Source: the human T2T-CHM13v2.0 reference genome, Homo sapiens. From it: a stretch of 64,000 nucleotides of DNA. A program made the translations under genes and the position numbers. Within the stretch, counting starts at the first letter, position 1. Each line of letters starts with the position of its first letter. This document shows, one piece after another, positions 17,751 to 32,979 of the stretch. Location of the stretch: the NCBI RefSeq assembly GCF_009914755.1, contig NC_060929.1; one strand, given 5' to 3'. The notes under the pieces are model-generated. The model did not search any database. It was not told where the DNA came from and saw only the letters and a list, made by a program, of their open reading frames with translations.

Positions 17751-18060
17751 TATCCCAAGACCCCAAAATTCTACTTCCTTTTAAATATTCTTAGAAAAAC
17801 CTGTGACTACATAAAAGGAAGGTTGTAAAGTGATCTTTATTGCAACATTTTTTGCAATGGCAAAAAAACTGGGGAGAAATGTTCATCAGTAAGAGAATAA
17901 ATAAATCATTATGGTATATCTTTATTGGGAATACTAATAAACAGCAGTTAGGAATAGTGAGGTGCAAACATGGACAAATATCCAAAGTTACATCATTCAG
18001 TAAAAAAAAAATACAAATTGATATTTATTATTTAAATATTTTTGTTTAAAAATGTATTTT
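17751..18060 (+). mobile_element. Ancient L1ME-like 3' fragment
   Basis: tttattgcaacattttttgcaatggcaaaaaactgg...aaatgttcatcagtaagagaataaataaat. Confidence 0.55.
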
Positions 18061-18198
18061 TATGTTCCTGTGTCTGGACCATAAGAAAGAGTGAGAGAGA
18101 AGGTATAGTACCTTGTGTGGTAATAAATGCTAAGATGAAAAATCAATCATGGAAGGGAACAGGATTTTCTGGGGGTATACACTTTTTTAATAGGCAGA

Positions 18199-20493
18199 TG
18201 ATATGGTTTGGCTGTGTCTCCACAAAAATTTCATCTTGAATTCCCACATGTTGTGGGAAAGACCCAGTGGGAGGTAATTGAATCATGGGAGCAGGTCTTT
18301 CCCATGCTGTTCTCATTATAGTGAACAAGTATCACAAGATCTGATGGTTTTATAAGGCAGAGTTTTCCTGCACAAGCTCTCTTTTTACCTGCCGCCATCC
18401 ACATAAGATGTGACTTGTTCCTCCTTGCCTTCCACCATGATTGTGAGGCCTCCCCAGCCACGTGGAACTGTAAGTCCAGTAAACCTCCTTCTTTTGTAAA
18501 ATTGCCCAGTCTCAGGTATTTCTTTATCAGCAGTGTGAAAATGGAATAATACAGTAAATTGGTACCAGTAGAATGGGATGCTGCTGAAAAGGTACCCAAA
18601 AATGTGGAAGCAAATTTGGAACTGGGTAACAGGCAGAGGCTGGAACAGTTTGGAGGACTCAGAAGAAGACAGGAAAATGTGGGAAAGTTTGGAACTCCCT
18701 ATCGACTTGTTGAATGGCTTTGACCAAAATGCTGATAATGATATGAACAATGAAATCCAGGCTGAAGTGGTCTCAGATGGAGATGAGAAACTTGTTAGGA
18801 ACTGGAGCAAAGTTGACTCTTGTTATGTTTTAGCAAAAAGACTGGCAGCATTTTGCCCCTGCCCTAGAGATTTGTGGAATTTTGAACTTGAGAGAGATGA
18901 TTTAGGCTATCTGGTGAAAGAAATTTCTAAGCAGCAAAGCATTCAAGAGGTGACTTGGGTGCTGTTAAAGGCATTCAGTTTAATAAGGGAAGCAGAATCT
19001 AAAAGTTTGGAAAATTTGCAGCCTGACAATGAGATAGAAAAGAAAATCCCATTTTCTGAGGAGAAATTCAAGGCGGCTATAGAAATTTGCATAAGTAACA
19101 AGAAGCCCAATGTTAATCCCCAAGACAATGAGGAAAATGTCTCCAGGACATGTCAGAGGTCTTAATGGCAGCCTCACATGCCTGGAGGCCTAGGAGGAAA
19201 AAGTGGTTTCGTGGGCCGGTCCCAGGGTCTCCGTGCTGTGTGCAACCAAGGGACTTGGTGCCCTGAGTCCCAGCCGCTCCAGCTGTGGCTGAAAGGGGCC
19301 AACACAGAACTCAGGTCATGGCTTCAGAGGGTGCAAGCCACAAGCCTTGGCATCTTCCATGTGGTGCTGAGCCTGCAGGTGCACAGAAGTCAAGAATTGA
19401 GGTTTGGGAACCTCCGCCTAGATTTCAGATGTATGGAAATGCCTGGATGTCCAGGCAGATGTTTGCTGTAGGGGTAGGGTCCTCATGAAGAATCTCTGCT
19501 AGGGAAGTGCAGAAGGAAAATGTGGGGTGGAAGCCCCCACACAGAATCCCTACTGAGGCACTGCCTAGTAGAGCTGTGAGAAGAGGGCCACTGCCCTCCA
19601 GACCCCAGAATGATAGATCCACCAACAGCTTGCACCATGCACCTGGAAAAGCCACAGACACTCAACACCAGCCTGTGAAAGCAGCTGGTGAAAGCAGCCC
19701 ATGAAAGGCTGTACCCTGCAAAGCCACAGGGGTGGAGCTGCCCAACACCATGGGAACCCACCTCTTGCATCAGTGTGACCTGGATGTGAGACATGGAGTC
19801 AAATGACATCATTTTGGAGCTTTAAGATTTGACTGCCCCACTGGATTTTGGATTTGCATGGGCCCTGTAGCCCCTTTGTGTTGGCCAATTTCTCCCATTT
19901 GGAATGGCTGTATTTACCCAATGCCTGTACCCTCACTGTACCTAGGAAGTAACTAACCTGCTTATGATTTTGTAGGCTCATAGGTGAAAGGGACTTGCCT
20001 TGTCTTGAATGAGAGTTTGGACTGTGGGCTTTTGAGTTAATGTTGAAATAAGTTAAGACTTCAGGGGACTATTGGGAAGGCATGATTGGTTTTGAAATGT
20101 GAGGATATAAGATTTGGGAGGGGCCAGGGGCAGAATGATATGGTTTGGCTGTGTCCTCACACAAATCTCATCTTGAATTCCCATATGTTGTGGGAGGGAT
20201 CCGGTGGGAGGGAATTGAATCATGGGGGCAAGTCTTTCCCATGCTGTTCTAATGATAGTGGGTAAGTCTCATGAGATCTGATGGCTTTAAAGGCAGGGTT
20301 TCCCTGCACAAGCTCTCTTTTTGCCTGCCACCATCCATCTAAGATGTGATCAGCTCCTGCTTGCCTTCCACCACGATTGTGAGGCCTCCCCAGCCACGTG
20401 GAACTGTAAGTCCAATAACTGTAAGTCTTTCTTTTGTAAAATTGCCCAGTCTTGGGTATGTCTTTATCAGCAGCATGAAAACGGATTAATGCA
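18199..20493 (+). mobile_element. Full THE1B-type MaLR provirus: LTR 18199-18553, internal, LTR 20136-20493; inserted in an L2 fragment
   Basis: tgatatggtttggctgtgtc starts; purine-rich tract before the 3' LTR; 5-bp TSD gcaga at 18194-18198 and 20494-20498; internal ORF remnant 18578-19165. Confidence 0.94.
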
Positions 20494-21777
20494 GCAGAGA
20501 AGTCTGAATAAGAAAGCTACATTTGAGCAAAAGCCTGAAGGAGGTAAAGAAATTAGCCATGAGAGACATCTGAGCAAAAAGTGTTCAAGGCAGAGAAAGC
20601 AGGTTCCACCGTTCTTCCACCCTAGCTGGGCACTGATTTTACTTAGTAAGTTTGAAATCTTCTTCTCTAAATTTGTCATGTATTTAAAAATAAAAATTAA
20701 TATAAAATACCATTTTAAAAACTGAGTAATATTTCTGAAGATGCTAAGAGATCTTCTGAAGTGCTGATGCAGGAATATAAATCACCAGCCTCAAGACTGC
20801 ATACAAAATGTATACTCTCAAAAATCTATGAGTGATTTTAAAATTCTCATTAAAGAAAATAATCTAAATATCTAGGTGACCAAGTCCTCCAATATAAAGT
20901 TACTTAAGCATAGGCATATTCACTATTACTTCTCTATAATAGGCAACCATCTATGGTCGTTCTTGTTTCCAAGAAAAGATCTTCACCAGAGTATATCACA
21001 CATCACACTATTCTGAATCGAATATTCAGTTGCAAATAGGTAGTTTCCAGGCAGAAAGGACGTTGCCTAAAAGCTGTCCATATTACAAACAGTTTATCTT
21101 ACTTCCACTTTCTTCCTTTTCTTTGCAAGAAGAATGCACATCACTTCCTTTTTAGGAATGCCCATCACTTTTTTTTCAATCTTGAGATCTAGATCTCTAG
21201 TTCAAAGAATTTGTAAGAAAAAACTCAGTTCATATATCTAAATCTGTCCTGGAAATGACATGCTGGGATAATAATTTATGAAGGAAGCAATTTTTAAATT
21301 TCACCTGGCTTTTGGCACAGCCTTCTCACTTTTCAAGGGTTTCCTTATTGACTAGGGTGTTAAATGGGATTTCTAGCTGCTTCAAAGTGTAAGACACTAT
21401 TGCGCCCTTCTAAATTCCACAGTGATGCCCTGGCAGCAGCATTAAAGCGAAACGCTGCTGCATCACATTCACATGTGAGTCCCCTTACAGTACTCCTCTG
21501 CCTTCTGGAGGAAAACTCAGCATTGGCCCAGTGAGAAGCCAAAGAGCCCTGGGATTCATACATGTATTCCTTGGGGTTCTAGAGTTCCCATACGAATTTT
21601 TAAATTCCAAAAAGAATTACATAGGCACATTGTAGAGCATCTGGATGACCACCATATTACCCAGTATTGCCCCACAATATTGCCTTTGTTTGCATTTTTG
21701 GTCTCTTTAGCATCTAATAATATTACTTTAATTATCACGAGATAGTGAGAGAGATGCATAGTTATGGTAGATCTCAT

Positions 21778-22501
21778 TTGTAAGCACAGCCTTTATTAAA
21801 AATCAAATGGCATAAACTTTAAACAGATTATATTGAAAGCAAAAGTAATAAACACTCAAAGCTTATCACTTCCTAATTATTTTACTATTATATATACTCT
21901 TCAGATTATTTATGTCTAATATATCTGTATGGTAGAAACACATGGAATGGTGTGCTACTGCTCATTTTTTTCCCATTCTTTATTCAGTGACATCACACTG
22001 GTAGCTTGAAATCAGCAAACATTACAAATCAGGATTTGACTTATTGCTTCTTGATTGTCTAGACCTAAGAAAGTGGTTGAAACAGGTTAACAATGGAGAT
22101 TAAATTTCAAAGTGTATCTTAAATTTTTTTAAAAATTAAAAAATATTCCTCCAGTATTCAAAGACTATTAGCTGATTCAACAAATAAGTTGCTCACAGTA
22201 TTGATTTTTTTAAAAGTGAACTTCCAACATACATCTTTATCATTTCACTTTGATGTTACATTAATGTAAACAAAAATACCACTCAATATTCAGATAGGAA
22301 CTACACTTCTTCATCAATTGCATAGATTGATTATATAAGACAAAAGAACTCCTCCGAAATAAAAAAAAACCCATTCTGTGAGAATCAATTAGCTATATGA
22401 AATTTACAATAAAGATTATGTGTGCTACACATCCTTTATATTATCAAATTTTGGTTTTTGTCAAAGAGCTAGTAGTTAAATATTTGCCACCACACCACTG
22501 G
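21778..22501 (+). mobile_element. MER63 (hAT-Blackjack) DNA transposon, 5'-truncated
   Basis: atcacttcctaattattttact, aatggtgtgctactg, ggtagcttgaaatc, gattgtctagac; terminal repeat cacaccactgg. Confidence 0.75.
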
Positions 22502-23202
22502 ACATATGTACATTAAAATAATGCATTGATATAAACTAAAGACCAAAAGACAACATGTGAATATAGATTTTGCTATACTAATTCAGGAGAAAATAAAACT
22601 GGAAAAGAACTGAGTCATCATGTGATTTTAACAGAAATGCTAAAGCCAAACGTTTTTTAACTGTAGCAATAGTACCATATTCAGGCTGAAAGCAGAAATT
22701 TAATTTTCTTAAAACAATATCATACACCAAATGAATATTATTAAATATCTCAGTTTATTGGATTTTTATATATTTAATATTGAAATTTGCTTTGAATTTC
22801 ATAGTTCTATAAGAACTATAATCATTCATCTACTCATTCATTCCCCAGTGAATGAACTGATATAGTTAATACATGCCAGACACTAATTTAGGTGCTGGGT
22901 TATATCAGTGAACCAAATAAAAGAGTTTATTTCTATTTTGTTTATATTTAAGTATTATTCTAATACAGATTATAGTTTAACATTGGATATTTACATTTTT
23001 TCTCAGAAAAAGACTGTACATTACTCAAATTTGACAAAAAAAAATTAAAGCCTTTTTCAGAAGGCAGTCTACAGCCTGTTCACTGCAGAGAGGGCTGAAA
23101 AGTGACAAAGCATAAAACTCAGTCAAAAGTAATGGCTAAGGATGGTGGAGTCTGGCCTTTGCTACAATTTTCCTTTAATGTGTACGTTTATTTGTAGATC
23201 AC

Positions 23203-23589
23203 TGTCTTAGTCCATTTATGCTGCTATAACAAAATACCACAGACTAAGTAATTTGTAAAGAAATGAAATCTATTTCTCACGATTCTGAAGGCTGGGAAGT
23301 AAAAGATCAAGGTCTGGCCTCTGGCAAGGGCTGCTCTCTACTTTAAGATGGTGCATTAAACGCTGTGTCCTCTAACCGGGAGGAATACTTTGTCCTCAAA
23401 TGGCAGAGGACAGACAGGCAAGAGGGCCAAACTGCCTCTGTCAAGCCCTTTTATAACAACATTAATCTATTCCTGAGGGTAGATCCCTCATCTCCTAAAC
23501 ACCTCCCAAAAGGCCCCACTTCCCAACACGATTGCATTGGATTACGTTTTCAACACATGAGTTTTAGAGGACACACTCAGACCATAGTA
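23203..23589 (-). mobile_element. MST (B/C/D-like) solo LTR
   Basis: tgtcttagtccatttatgctgctataacaaaataccacagact ... cagaccatagta. Confidence 0.8.
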
Positions 23590-23724
23590 ATGATCAAAAA
23601 TAGACTACCCTCAGCATTTATGATTTCTGAAGTAATTTCATTGATGACTAAACCCTTTCACCTGAAGGATTTTTCCCATTTTGAAAGGACCGGGTTTTAA
23701 CAGTAATTTAAAGTAGCTAGATGT

Positions 23725-24442
<718 letters not shown>

Positions 24443-25380
24443 TGAGTAAATTCAGCATTTACTGCTTAGTCAATAATTTTCAAAATACATATGAAAATAT
24501 TTACAATGTTATTATTACCTTTATTCTGACATAAGGAATCACTTCTGGAAAACTATTGTAAATTGAATTCAACCCTGACAAATAACCATGAATTGGATTC
24601 CACTGTACTTAAATTTCTTTTAGGTTTTCCTCTTATTAAATTAATTTGAGCTGTAACAAAAATTGAAAGTAAATTAAACTGAAGCTATTAAAGAGTAATT
24701 TATACACAAAAGGAAAAATGAAAGTATTGAATTTGGGAAGGAACATAAAGAAATAAAAGTAAGTTGATGCACTATCAGAGTTGTCATTTTAAGTTCTTTC
24801 AATAAAAATAAGGGCACAATGGTAATTTAAACACACACAGAGACACAAGACAGGAAGAGCTAAAGAATAAGAGAGCCAAATTCTGCCAGCATGTCAAAGG
24901 AAGGAATTGATAGGGAGGATCAGAAAACTGCAGAACAGAAATGAAGTCTAACTGTGAGTAATGAAAGAACTACAAAGGTTCTCAGTATAAAGAAGCAGCC
25001 AGAAAGAAAGGCACCCCATAGATTGCCTTAAGAACATTTGGCCTCTGCAGCAATAAATGTGCTGAGGTTTAGGGCCGAAGAGACAATAAAGACAGAGTCA
25101 GAGGGCAGTCAATGTGTGTAAATCAGTGACCAATGCATTTTCTGATGCCTTGTTCCCTATGGCTCCAGGCCTCAACTAGAACCACATGCCATTTCCACTG
25201 AAAGCCAACTTGGCAAACAGCATGTCACTCTCTACCTTCATTTAAAAATATCCAGCTGAGACGAATTATCACTAGAGCTTAAATTAAATAGCCCAATCAT
25301 GACCAAATATAAACCTTCCATTTTTTATTGTACAAGAGGACATTTAATTTTTCCTTTAAAATGAAATAGCTATGATCAAT

Positions 25381-25846
25381 ATAGTGGGCACTGATTGGTG
25401 CTTCCCCAATTCCCCAGGACCGCTTCTGCCATCCCCACATACCCTTCCTCGGGCTTTGATGTGCTTTTACCTCCAAAGTTCTCTATGCAGGACTGTCTTC
25501 CACTAGGCGCTCTTGAGTCCTGGCACAGCTTGGGCTGCAATAGCAGGGAGCCAGAAGCACCTAGAAGTTTACCTCTGTACCTCCCTACCTTCCTCCTCTA
25601 GCGCAGGACTGGCAGGGAAATATGGAAGCCCATCTCCTCCCCTCAGGTCAAGACAATTCTGAGATGCATCTTCTACTCAGCAATGCCGCTGCAGGAATTC
25701 ACTACACCCTCCCCAGGACTTTGCCTGAAACTAGCCCCTTATTTGGCTTCTGCCTTGCTCTGTCCTACCTCCCTCACACCCTTAACAGTTTCTCCTAGAA
25801 ACACTTCCCAGTAAATCACTTGCACAGACAATCCTTGTCTTAGACA
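25381..25846 (+). mobile_element. LTR16-family ERVL solo LTR
   Basis: acaattctgagatgc, ggactttgcctgaaa, tttctcctagaaacacttcccagtaaatcacttgcac. Confidence 0.65.
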
Positions 25847-26069
25847 ATCAGTGAAAGATGATTCTACAGTTTATATTCTTTAGGGCTTTAAGGTTCTGTC
25901 CAAACAATACATGCAAAACAAGATAAACAACTCCAAGACTTTGTTATAATGAGCCCTTGATTCTGTAGCCAAAGTCATAAACAGTGAGTTAGGGGCATCT
26001 CAAGTCCATAAAGTCACCAGTAATGTCATGAATGATGTCACTAGTGGCCTGAGATTTTTATGATGGAAA

Positions 26070-26300
26070 GTAATACAATGTTCCAGGGAGACCATGGACT
26101 TTGGAGCCAAACAGGCTTGCATGCAGTACTGACACAACAAATTACTAGTTACGTTCTCATTGGAAGCCTTAGATTCCAATTCTATAAAATAGTTAGATTC
26201 TGAATCTACAAAATTGCGATGCTGACCTTAAAGAGTTTGTAGCAGTAAATGAGTAAATATTTAACGTATCTAATACATAGTAAACACAAATTAGTATTTC
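26070..26300 (+). mobile_element. MIR SINE
   Basis: catggactttggagccaaacag...ctataaaatag...taaatgag...catagtaaacac. Confidence 0.55.
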
Positions 26301-26514
26301 ATTTTGCTTTCTAAAGGGAATGATTTTGTCACAAGGAAACCAGAACTTATGGAAACATCTGTTTCCCTACAGTGAAAAGCCTTAAGCTAGAGCCCCAATT
26401 AATTATGTCATTAGCCACCAGTTTACATTTGGAAGAGGGTTACATAGCAATTGGGTTTTTTTTTCTGCTTGTTTACAGATAACCTTAAGGTTATCTTGAA
26501 TTATTGAAGCTTGT

Positions 26515-26960
26515 TTCATTCATTCATTAATCCACGTTCACTGAGTGGTTATAGCCCAGGCACTGGGACATACAGAGGTAAAATAGACAGACACAATGCC
26601 AATAAACAAGCAAACAAGTAAGTAAAATAATTAGAGATGGTGATAAATAGCATGAGGGAAATAAACAGGGTAATGAGATGAAGTAACTGCACAAGGGAGG
26701 CTCACGACATTAAACAGCAGTCAGGAAATACCTCTCTAAGAGAGTGATATTTGAGCTGAGGGAAACAGGAGCCAGTGCTGTCAAGATCCAGGAAAGAATC
26801 TTCCAGGCAGAGGGAACAGCAGTCTAAGATGGGAGAGACCTTGGCACCAGTAGAAGTAAAGTGATCGGAATTCAGAAGATTATGTTAGAAGATGAAAATA
26901 GAGAAATGATCAGGAATAAGACCATACAGTTCCTCATGGCTATATTGAACGGTCTGACTC
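26515..26960 (-). mobile_element. L2 LINE 3' fragment
   Basis: ttcattcattcatt start, ccaggcactgg, atttgagctgag, ttccaggcagagggaacagc. Confidence 0.75.
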
Positions 26961-29365
26961 AATGGAGTACAGCCATGAGAAGAATTTTTGTTTCTTTCCA
27001 ACCTTTATTCTTCAATGAATTATATCAAGTCTCCTTTGCCTTCCCTTTAAAGACATTTCAGACAGAATGGAAAACTCCATAGTCAATTTCAGTTATAAAA
27101 CAAACCAGTCTAGTAACATTAAAAACAGTTTAAAACTTAACCCTCAAGTGCAGTTTAATGCTCTAATCTTTCCCTGCTGGGACTGGCCAGCACTTGGAGA
27201 GTGACAGTGTCAGCTCTTCCACTTCTCTCCCTCCTCCCCCTCCCTTTTCTGGGTTGCCCCTTCTCCATGGTTTGGAACTTTAGTGAATACAGGAGGAAAG
27301 GGGAGAATGCCTCTGACTTCCCTGGTGCTGCTGCTCATGCTCCTTGATGGTTGATGCTTTCTATGTCACAGATGTTCAAGGTCCCACTATCACACATGTA
27401 AGAGTATGTGCAGACTCTTCAGGAAGCCCCACAGAGAACACTCAGTTCTTTGATGTAGACAATCTACTCAGAGAGACCTCACCCAATCCACCCTGACTTC
27501 CCACCCCTCAGACATATAATCCATGATCTTTTGCTTCCAGCAACATGGCTGAAGCCCGGTTACCTTTCACAGTGCCCAACTAGTCCGTGAGAGAATCGTC
27601 CTTTACCTACTAAACACTGGAGCTGTGACTTCCCTAATGCTCAACTCTCTTTCCCCTAGTCTCACATTTTCCACATCCTGATTTCAAACCCACCGCATAA
27701 GCAAACATCCAACTTTCAATTCAGCGCCACTCACACCTCCTTCTTCAGACCCTCCCAGTCTCTGTGCTCTGTGAGTAGATCTCTTGGAGTGTCACTCCTT
27801 CATTTGGCTTAAATCAAAATAACCTACTCTCTTTTTGCCCAAAAAAAAGAAAGGAGAATCTACAGCACTCTCTCACAGACTGATAACTCAGTTTTCTCAA
27901 AGATCCTTTTATTTTCTTTATCTAGATGGATCATAGACAGGTAAAGAGGTATGTCAGGTGTGATAATGAAACTGAAGCTGTCTTTTCTTCCCAGTGCTAT
28001 GGGGATGTGACTGATGGCACTCTTTGCAATGTGGAACTACAGAGCAGCTTTTTCATTTTGATTGAATACAATACAAAGCTTTTTGCTTTGAATACAATCT
28101 ATGTGATGTATCTATTATTAATAAATGCTTGGAGATTATCTGCAGAACTTGACAGTGAAATTCAGATATATTAAAGCATAAATGTGTTCATTTATTCATC
28201 AGAATGTATTTATTTATTCATTAGTGTGATTTTTATTCTTAGAATGTGAACACATTTTTATCTCCTCTTCTAATTAATCTCTTAATTACTCAAGCCTGAC
28301 CACTAATGAACAGCTGTGATTGCTAATATACTCTCCAACAAGAGATGGTCGTACGTTTTCCCAACCAATCATCCAAAAATATGTTTTCATCTCTCTCCCC
28401 CATTCTGTTAGAAATAATTTCTTCTAATAAATGCAGACACCTGGGAAGAGGTATAATAGGTTCTTTTCTTTTTTTAGTTGAGCTTCTTGTTTTTGTTTAT
28501 AATGAAGGAGAAAATTAGATAAGCTGGATGCCTTAGTTACATAATGCCCCGCCTTTCTTAATTAACCACAGCTAATGTGCACAAGGTGACAATAAGAAAA
28601 ATTAAACGAAAGAGGAAAAAAAAGTACTCTCAATGTTTTTAAGATCATAAAAGCAAAAGAGAACAACACATCGGGAAGTCACAGAAACACAATAAACCTT
28701 TATCTCTGACAATTAGTGATGATAGATGATTAAACAAAACCATAAATGCATAAATCAGCATGTCGTCCTGTAGCTAATGTGCCATGTGTCATGTTCTCAG
28801 TACATGGAGCAAGCCAGTTCTGAGGAATCTGAGGCTTCAATGAGTTCTAAAGAAAGTAAAATTCAGAAATGTTTTGCATGGCATTATTAGCCATAGGATA
28901 TTGGTACCCAAGTATCCATTCCACATGTCTATGTAAGCACAGATCTAAGCAGTAAAACACAGTAGCCTAAGTTGGACAACGAGTTTGGGCATTCTTCCCT
29001 TTCCTTAAGCCCGCAGGTGCAGCAGATCAGGTACATGAAGCAAACACCCTTGTTCTCAGAGGCTCACCCCACACGTAGTCTTTGATACCATTAAAAGTCT
29101 TTGAAGTCACTGGGCTGCAGTCACACAAGCTGAAATCACCTTACATCATGTAGCTATATAAGATAGTTCTTCTCACCAAGACCGAAAAGAAACAGATGAA
29201 AACTTTTGAAATATAATGCATATTACCTTTCATAGAAAATTTCTATGAAAAATAAACCTCTAAAACAGAAAAACATGAACATTACATGTATCTGGTTTTT
29301 CTTCATTTGCTTTAGTGTTTCTTATTCCAAAACATTTTTTAAAACCGTGTGTGTGTGTGTGTGTA

Positions 29366-29682
29366 CAGCTATCCCTCAGTGTCCATGGGGAATTGGTTCC
29401 AGGACCTCCTGCAGATACCAAAATCCAAGGATGCTGAAGTTGTTTATATAAAATGGTGTAGTATTTACATATTAACCTATACACGTTCTCCTGTATACTT
29501 TAAATCATCTCTGGATTACTTATAATACCTAATACAATGAAAATGCTATGTAAATAGTTGTTATACTGAATTTTTTATTTGTATCACTTTTATTGTTTTG
29601 GAGTAGGTTTTTTTTCAGAATACTATTTATCTGAGGTTGATTGAATCCACAGGTGCAGAATCCACAGATACAAAGGGACTTG
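29366..29682. mobile_element. MER2 (TcMar-Tigger) MITE flanked by (TG)n tracts at 29347-29364 and 29685-29729
   Basis: ta|cagctatccctcagtgtccatgggg..ttggttccaggac start; ttgaatccacaggtgcagaatccacagatac end. Confidence 0.85.
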
Positions 29683-29732
<50 letters not shown>

Positions 29733-30481
29733 CAGAGAGAGAAGAATAGATGGACAAAATTACAAACATTAGCCAAATTTTTGCAGTTTCTTTAGATGCT
29801 GAATTTGGAAAATCTGAACGGTCTGTGAATCCATAAATTTCTGTTATTGTAATAATATCAGAACACATCAGCAGTAACATAAGAACCATTGCTTTGATCT
29901 CAGTCTCTAACTAGGAGTGTCCATTAACCAGTTTCCTGGGTCATATAAAGAAAATGGCATGAGTTTCATTTTTAGTGACCTAAACATGCCATTCTCTCTT
30001 TCTCCTGGCCTTTGCATATGTGGTTCCCTCTGATTTGAATATTTTTTCCACCTCTTGGCCTAACTCCTACTCATCTTTTAGGTGGCAGTTTTAAAAAATC
30101 ACTGCCTCTATAACTCTTTTGTTGAATGTCATGTACCTTTTGTCATCCAGCTCCACTCTTCTATACTCTCTTATGTAATGCTTGCACTGAGAACCTGCAA
30201 ATCACATTTTCCAGACTCGTTTACCAGCCAGCTCTTTAGATCTGTCAATAGGAGGCAATAGAAGGGATTGGAAGCCAGAAGGAGTGCAGAAGGGCTTTAT
30301 TCTGTTTTTGCTTTGGTTTGTTTTCTTGGGATTTTTGCCATTGTTGCCTGTATTGCTAGAGCAGTGGCAATTCACCTCAGCATCAACAGTTGGCTCTGGC
30401 CTCCAGTGACCTCCAACACTGATGAAATCAAGACCATTACACTCCTTCACAAATACCAGCAGAATTCAGATATGCAAAGTT

Positions 30482-30819
30482 TTTTTTTGTTTTGTTTTGT
30501 TTTGTTTTGTTTTGTTTTTGTTTTTTGTTTTTTTCTTTTGAAACAGAGTCTCGCTCTGTTGCCCAGGCTGGAGTGCGGTGGAGCAATCTTGGCTCACTGC
30601 AAGCTCTGCCTCCCGGGTTCACGCCATTCTCCTGCCTCAGCCTCCGAGTAGCTGGTACTACAGGCGCCCGCCACCTCGCCTGGCTAATTTTTTGTATTTT
30701 TAGTAGAGACGGGGTTTCACCGTATTAGCCAGGATGGTCTCGATCTCCTGACCTCGTGATCCGCCCGCCTCTGTCTCCCAAAGAGCTGGGATTACAGGCA
30801 TGAGCCACTGCGCCCGGCC
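30482..30819 (-). mobile_element. AluY with (TTTTG)n-patterned tail
   Basis: gcaagctc, ttcacgccattc, ttagccaggatggtctcgatc diagnostics; 14-bp TSD agatatgcaaagtt at 30468-30481 and 30821-30834. Confidence 0.95.
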
Positions 30820-31974
30820 GAGATATGCAAAGTTCTGAGACCAAACTCTGCAGGACTCCTCATTCAAAAATCCTAGGTTATAGTATCCTTTTGTTCCTCG
30901 GACTCAGAGGTAGCAGCTGGTTCCTGTAATTGTTTTATATGACTGATTTCCATGCTTTGATTTTGATTTGTCAACCCTCCAATACTTATGCATTCAATTC
31001 TTAGTGGTAAACTCATGGTGTAGAAATTCCTAGTCAATTCTTTTTCCCAACTGAACCCAAATGATACAGCAATTGGCACTATGAGTGAGATCAGAAAACA
31101 GATCCTCAAAAATAAAATCCTAGGACTTTTGTCATTCCATTAGCCTTGAATGTTGTGCTGAATTCCCTGTCAATTAAAAATGGGTACTGATCATCTGTCA
31201 TACAGTGGTATCATATTTTATTAAGTTCTAATCTGTAAGAGAATGAAATGAGGTGCCTTAAAGCAAATGTCCTGGAAAAAAGGGGGCTCCTGTATTTGAC
31301 TTTTATGGCAGTAGTGGGGACTACAAAACTGTGGGGTGAAATAAATTTATTTATTTATTTATTTATGCCTCCTGGAAAGCTTACAAAAAGCAATAAACAA
31401 GGATTTTTTTAAATCTAAGTTCAAGAAAATGAAAACTTCTACGGCAGGCCAAGAGAATCTTTTGCTTCTTAAAGATTATAGACAGTGCTTAAAATCAGAC
31501 ACAAAATTTAATTATGCAGGTTGAAAATTATAACAGAAATTGATTCACAGACTCACATTCTCCTTTGTGAAAGGTAGGGCACTAATGTGAAAAAAGCAGA
31601 ACTCAGATTCTTGAAATGAGGACATCTGGGTAGACTTAGACGAAAGTGAGAATATTGATCCCTGGGTCATTCTGAGTCTCTTCTAAGAAGACTCATCATC
31701 TCTTGCTTGGAGACACTGTAATAACCCATCTGAAGCAGATGCTTTGCTAGAGGCATCTTATTAATAGGATGCCTTATTACGTCTACACATATAAGTAAAG
31801 TCTAATGATCCTAGGGGATAGTGCAATGTCTGAGAAGGTAGGAGACCACTTTTACTCCAAGATAATTGCAAATGTGGGAATGGATGTTAAGAGTGTTAGA
31901 CCGGAGGATGGAATATAACTTTGAGTGGGACCTAATTTATTAATATGAATATACTTACCAGTGATTATGTATTT

Positions 31975-32298
<324 letters not shown>

Positions 32299-32979
32299 AA
32301 GATTATGTATTTAATGTGAGATTGAGATGCCAAAAATTTCTTAGAATATAAAGAAATAAAAGCTAAATGCCTAGACAGATAGGAATGTTAGAGTGGATTC
32401 ATTACACACTACCATCCACATACCTTCTTGCTATTGCCTACCCGCAATAAGACCCAGAGGACATGCTTTTCACCAAAGAATTGAGAAGCACAATAAACAT
32501 AGTTCCTAACATCTACTTCACTGACTTTGCAAGGATCAATAAAGTAACATTGCCTGGAGGTTTTAAGATTGGAGCATAAACTATGCTCTTTTTTGTTTGT
32601 AGGGATTGTTTCGTCTTCCTCTTTATATTGTTAAGATGCAAGAGAGGACTGTTATTACAGCATCTGCCTCTCTCATCTTCTCTGTCTCCCCTCTCCTTCT
32701 TCCTCTTTTATTCTTAATCTCTTGCCCAAAAATAGAGATACTCCCTTGTATCTGTGAGTACACCCAAGTGAAAATCTATATTGTAGTCAAATGATATGCT
32801 AAAATCTTGAATAAAGACTACTAAACATCCTGAATAAAATTTGTTTAATGAAGCTAGGAACTATCATGCTGTCACTGAATTTTCTGTTTTAAGTATATTT
32901 TATCCCTTTTAACCTCAGCATAAGCAGTTTTAATAATGAAGTACTTATATTTAAAAACTAAGCTCTGACTGAAATTAAA

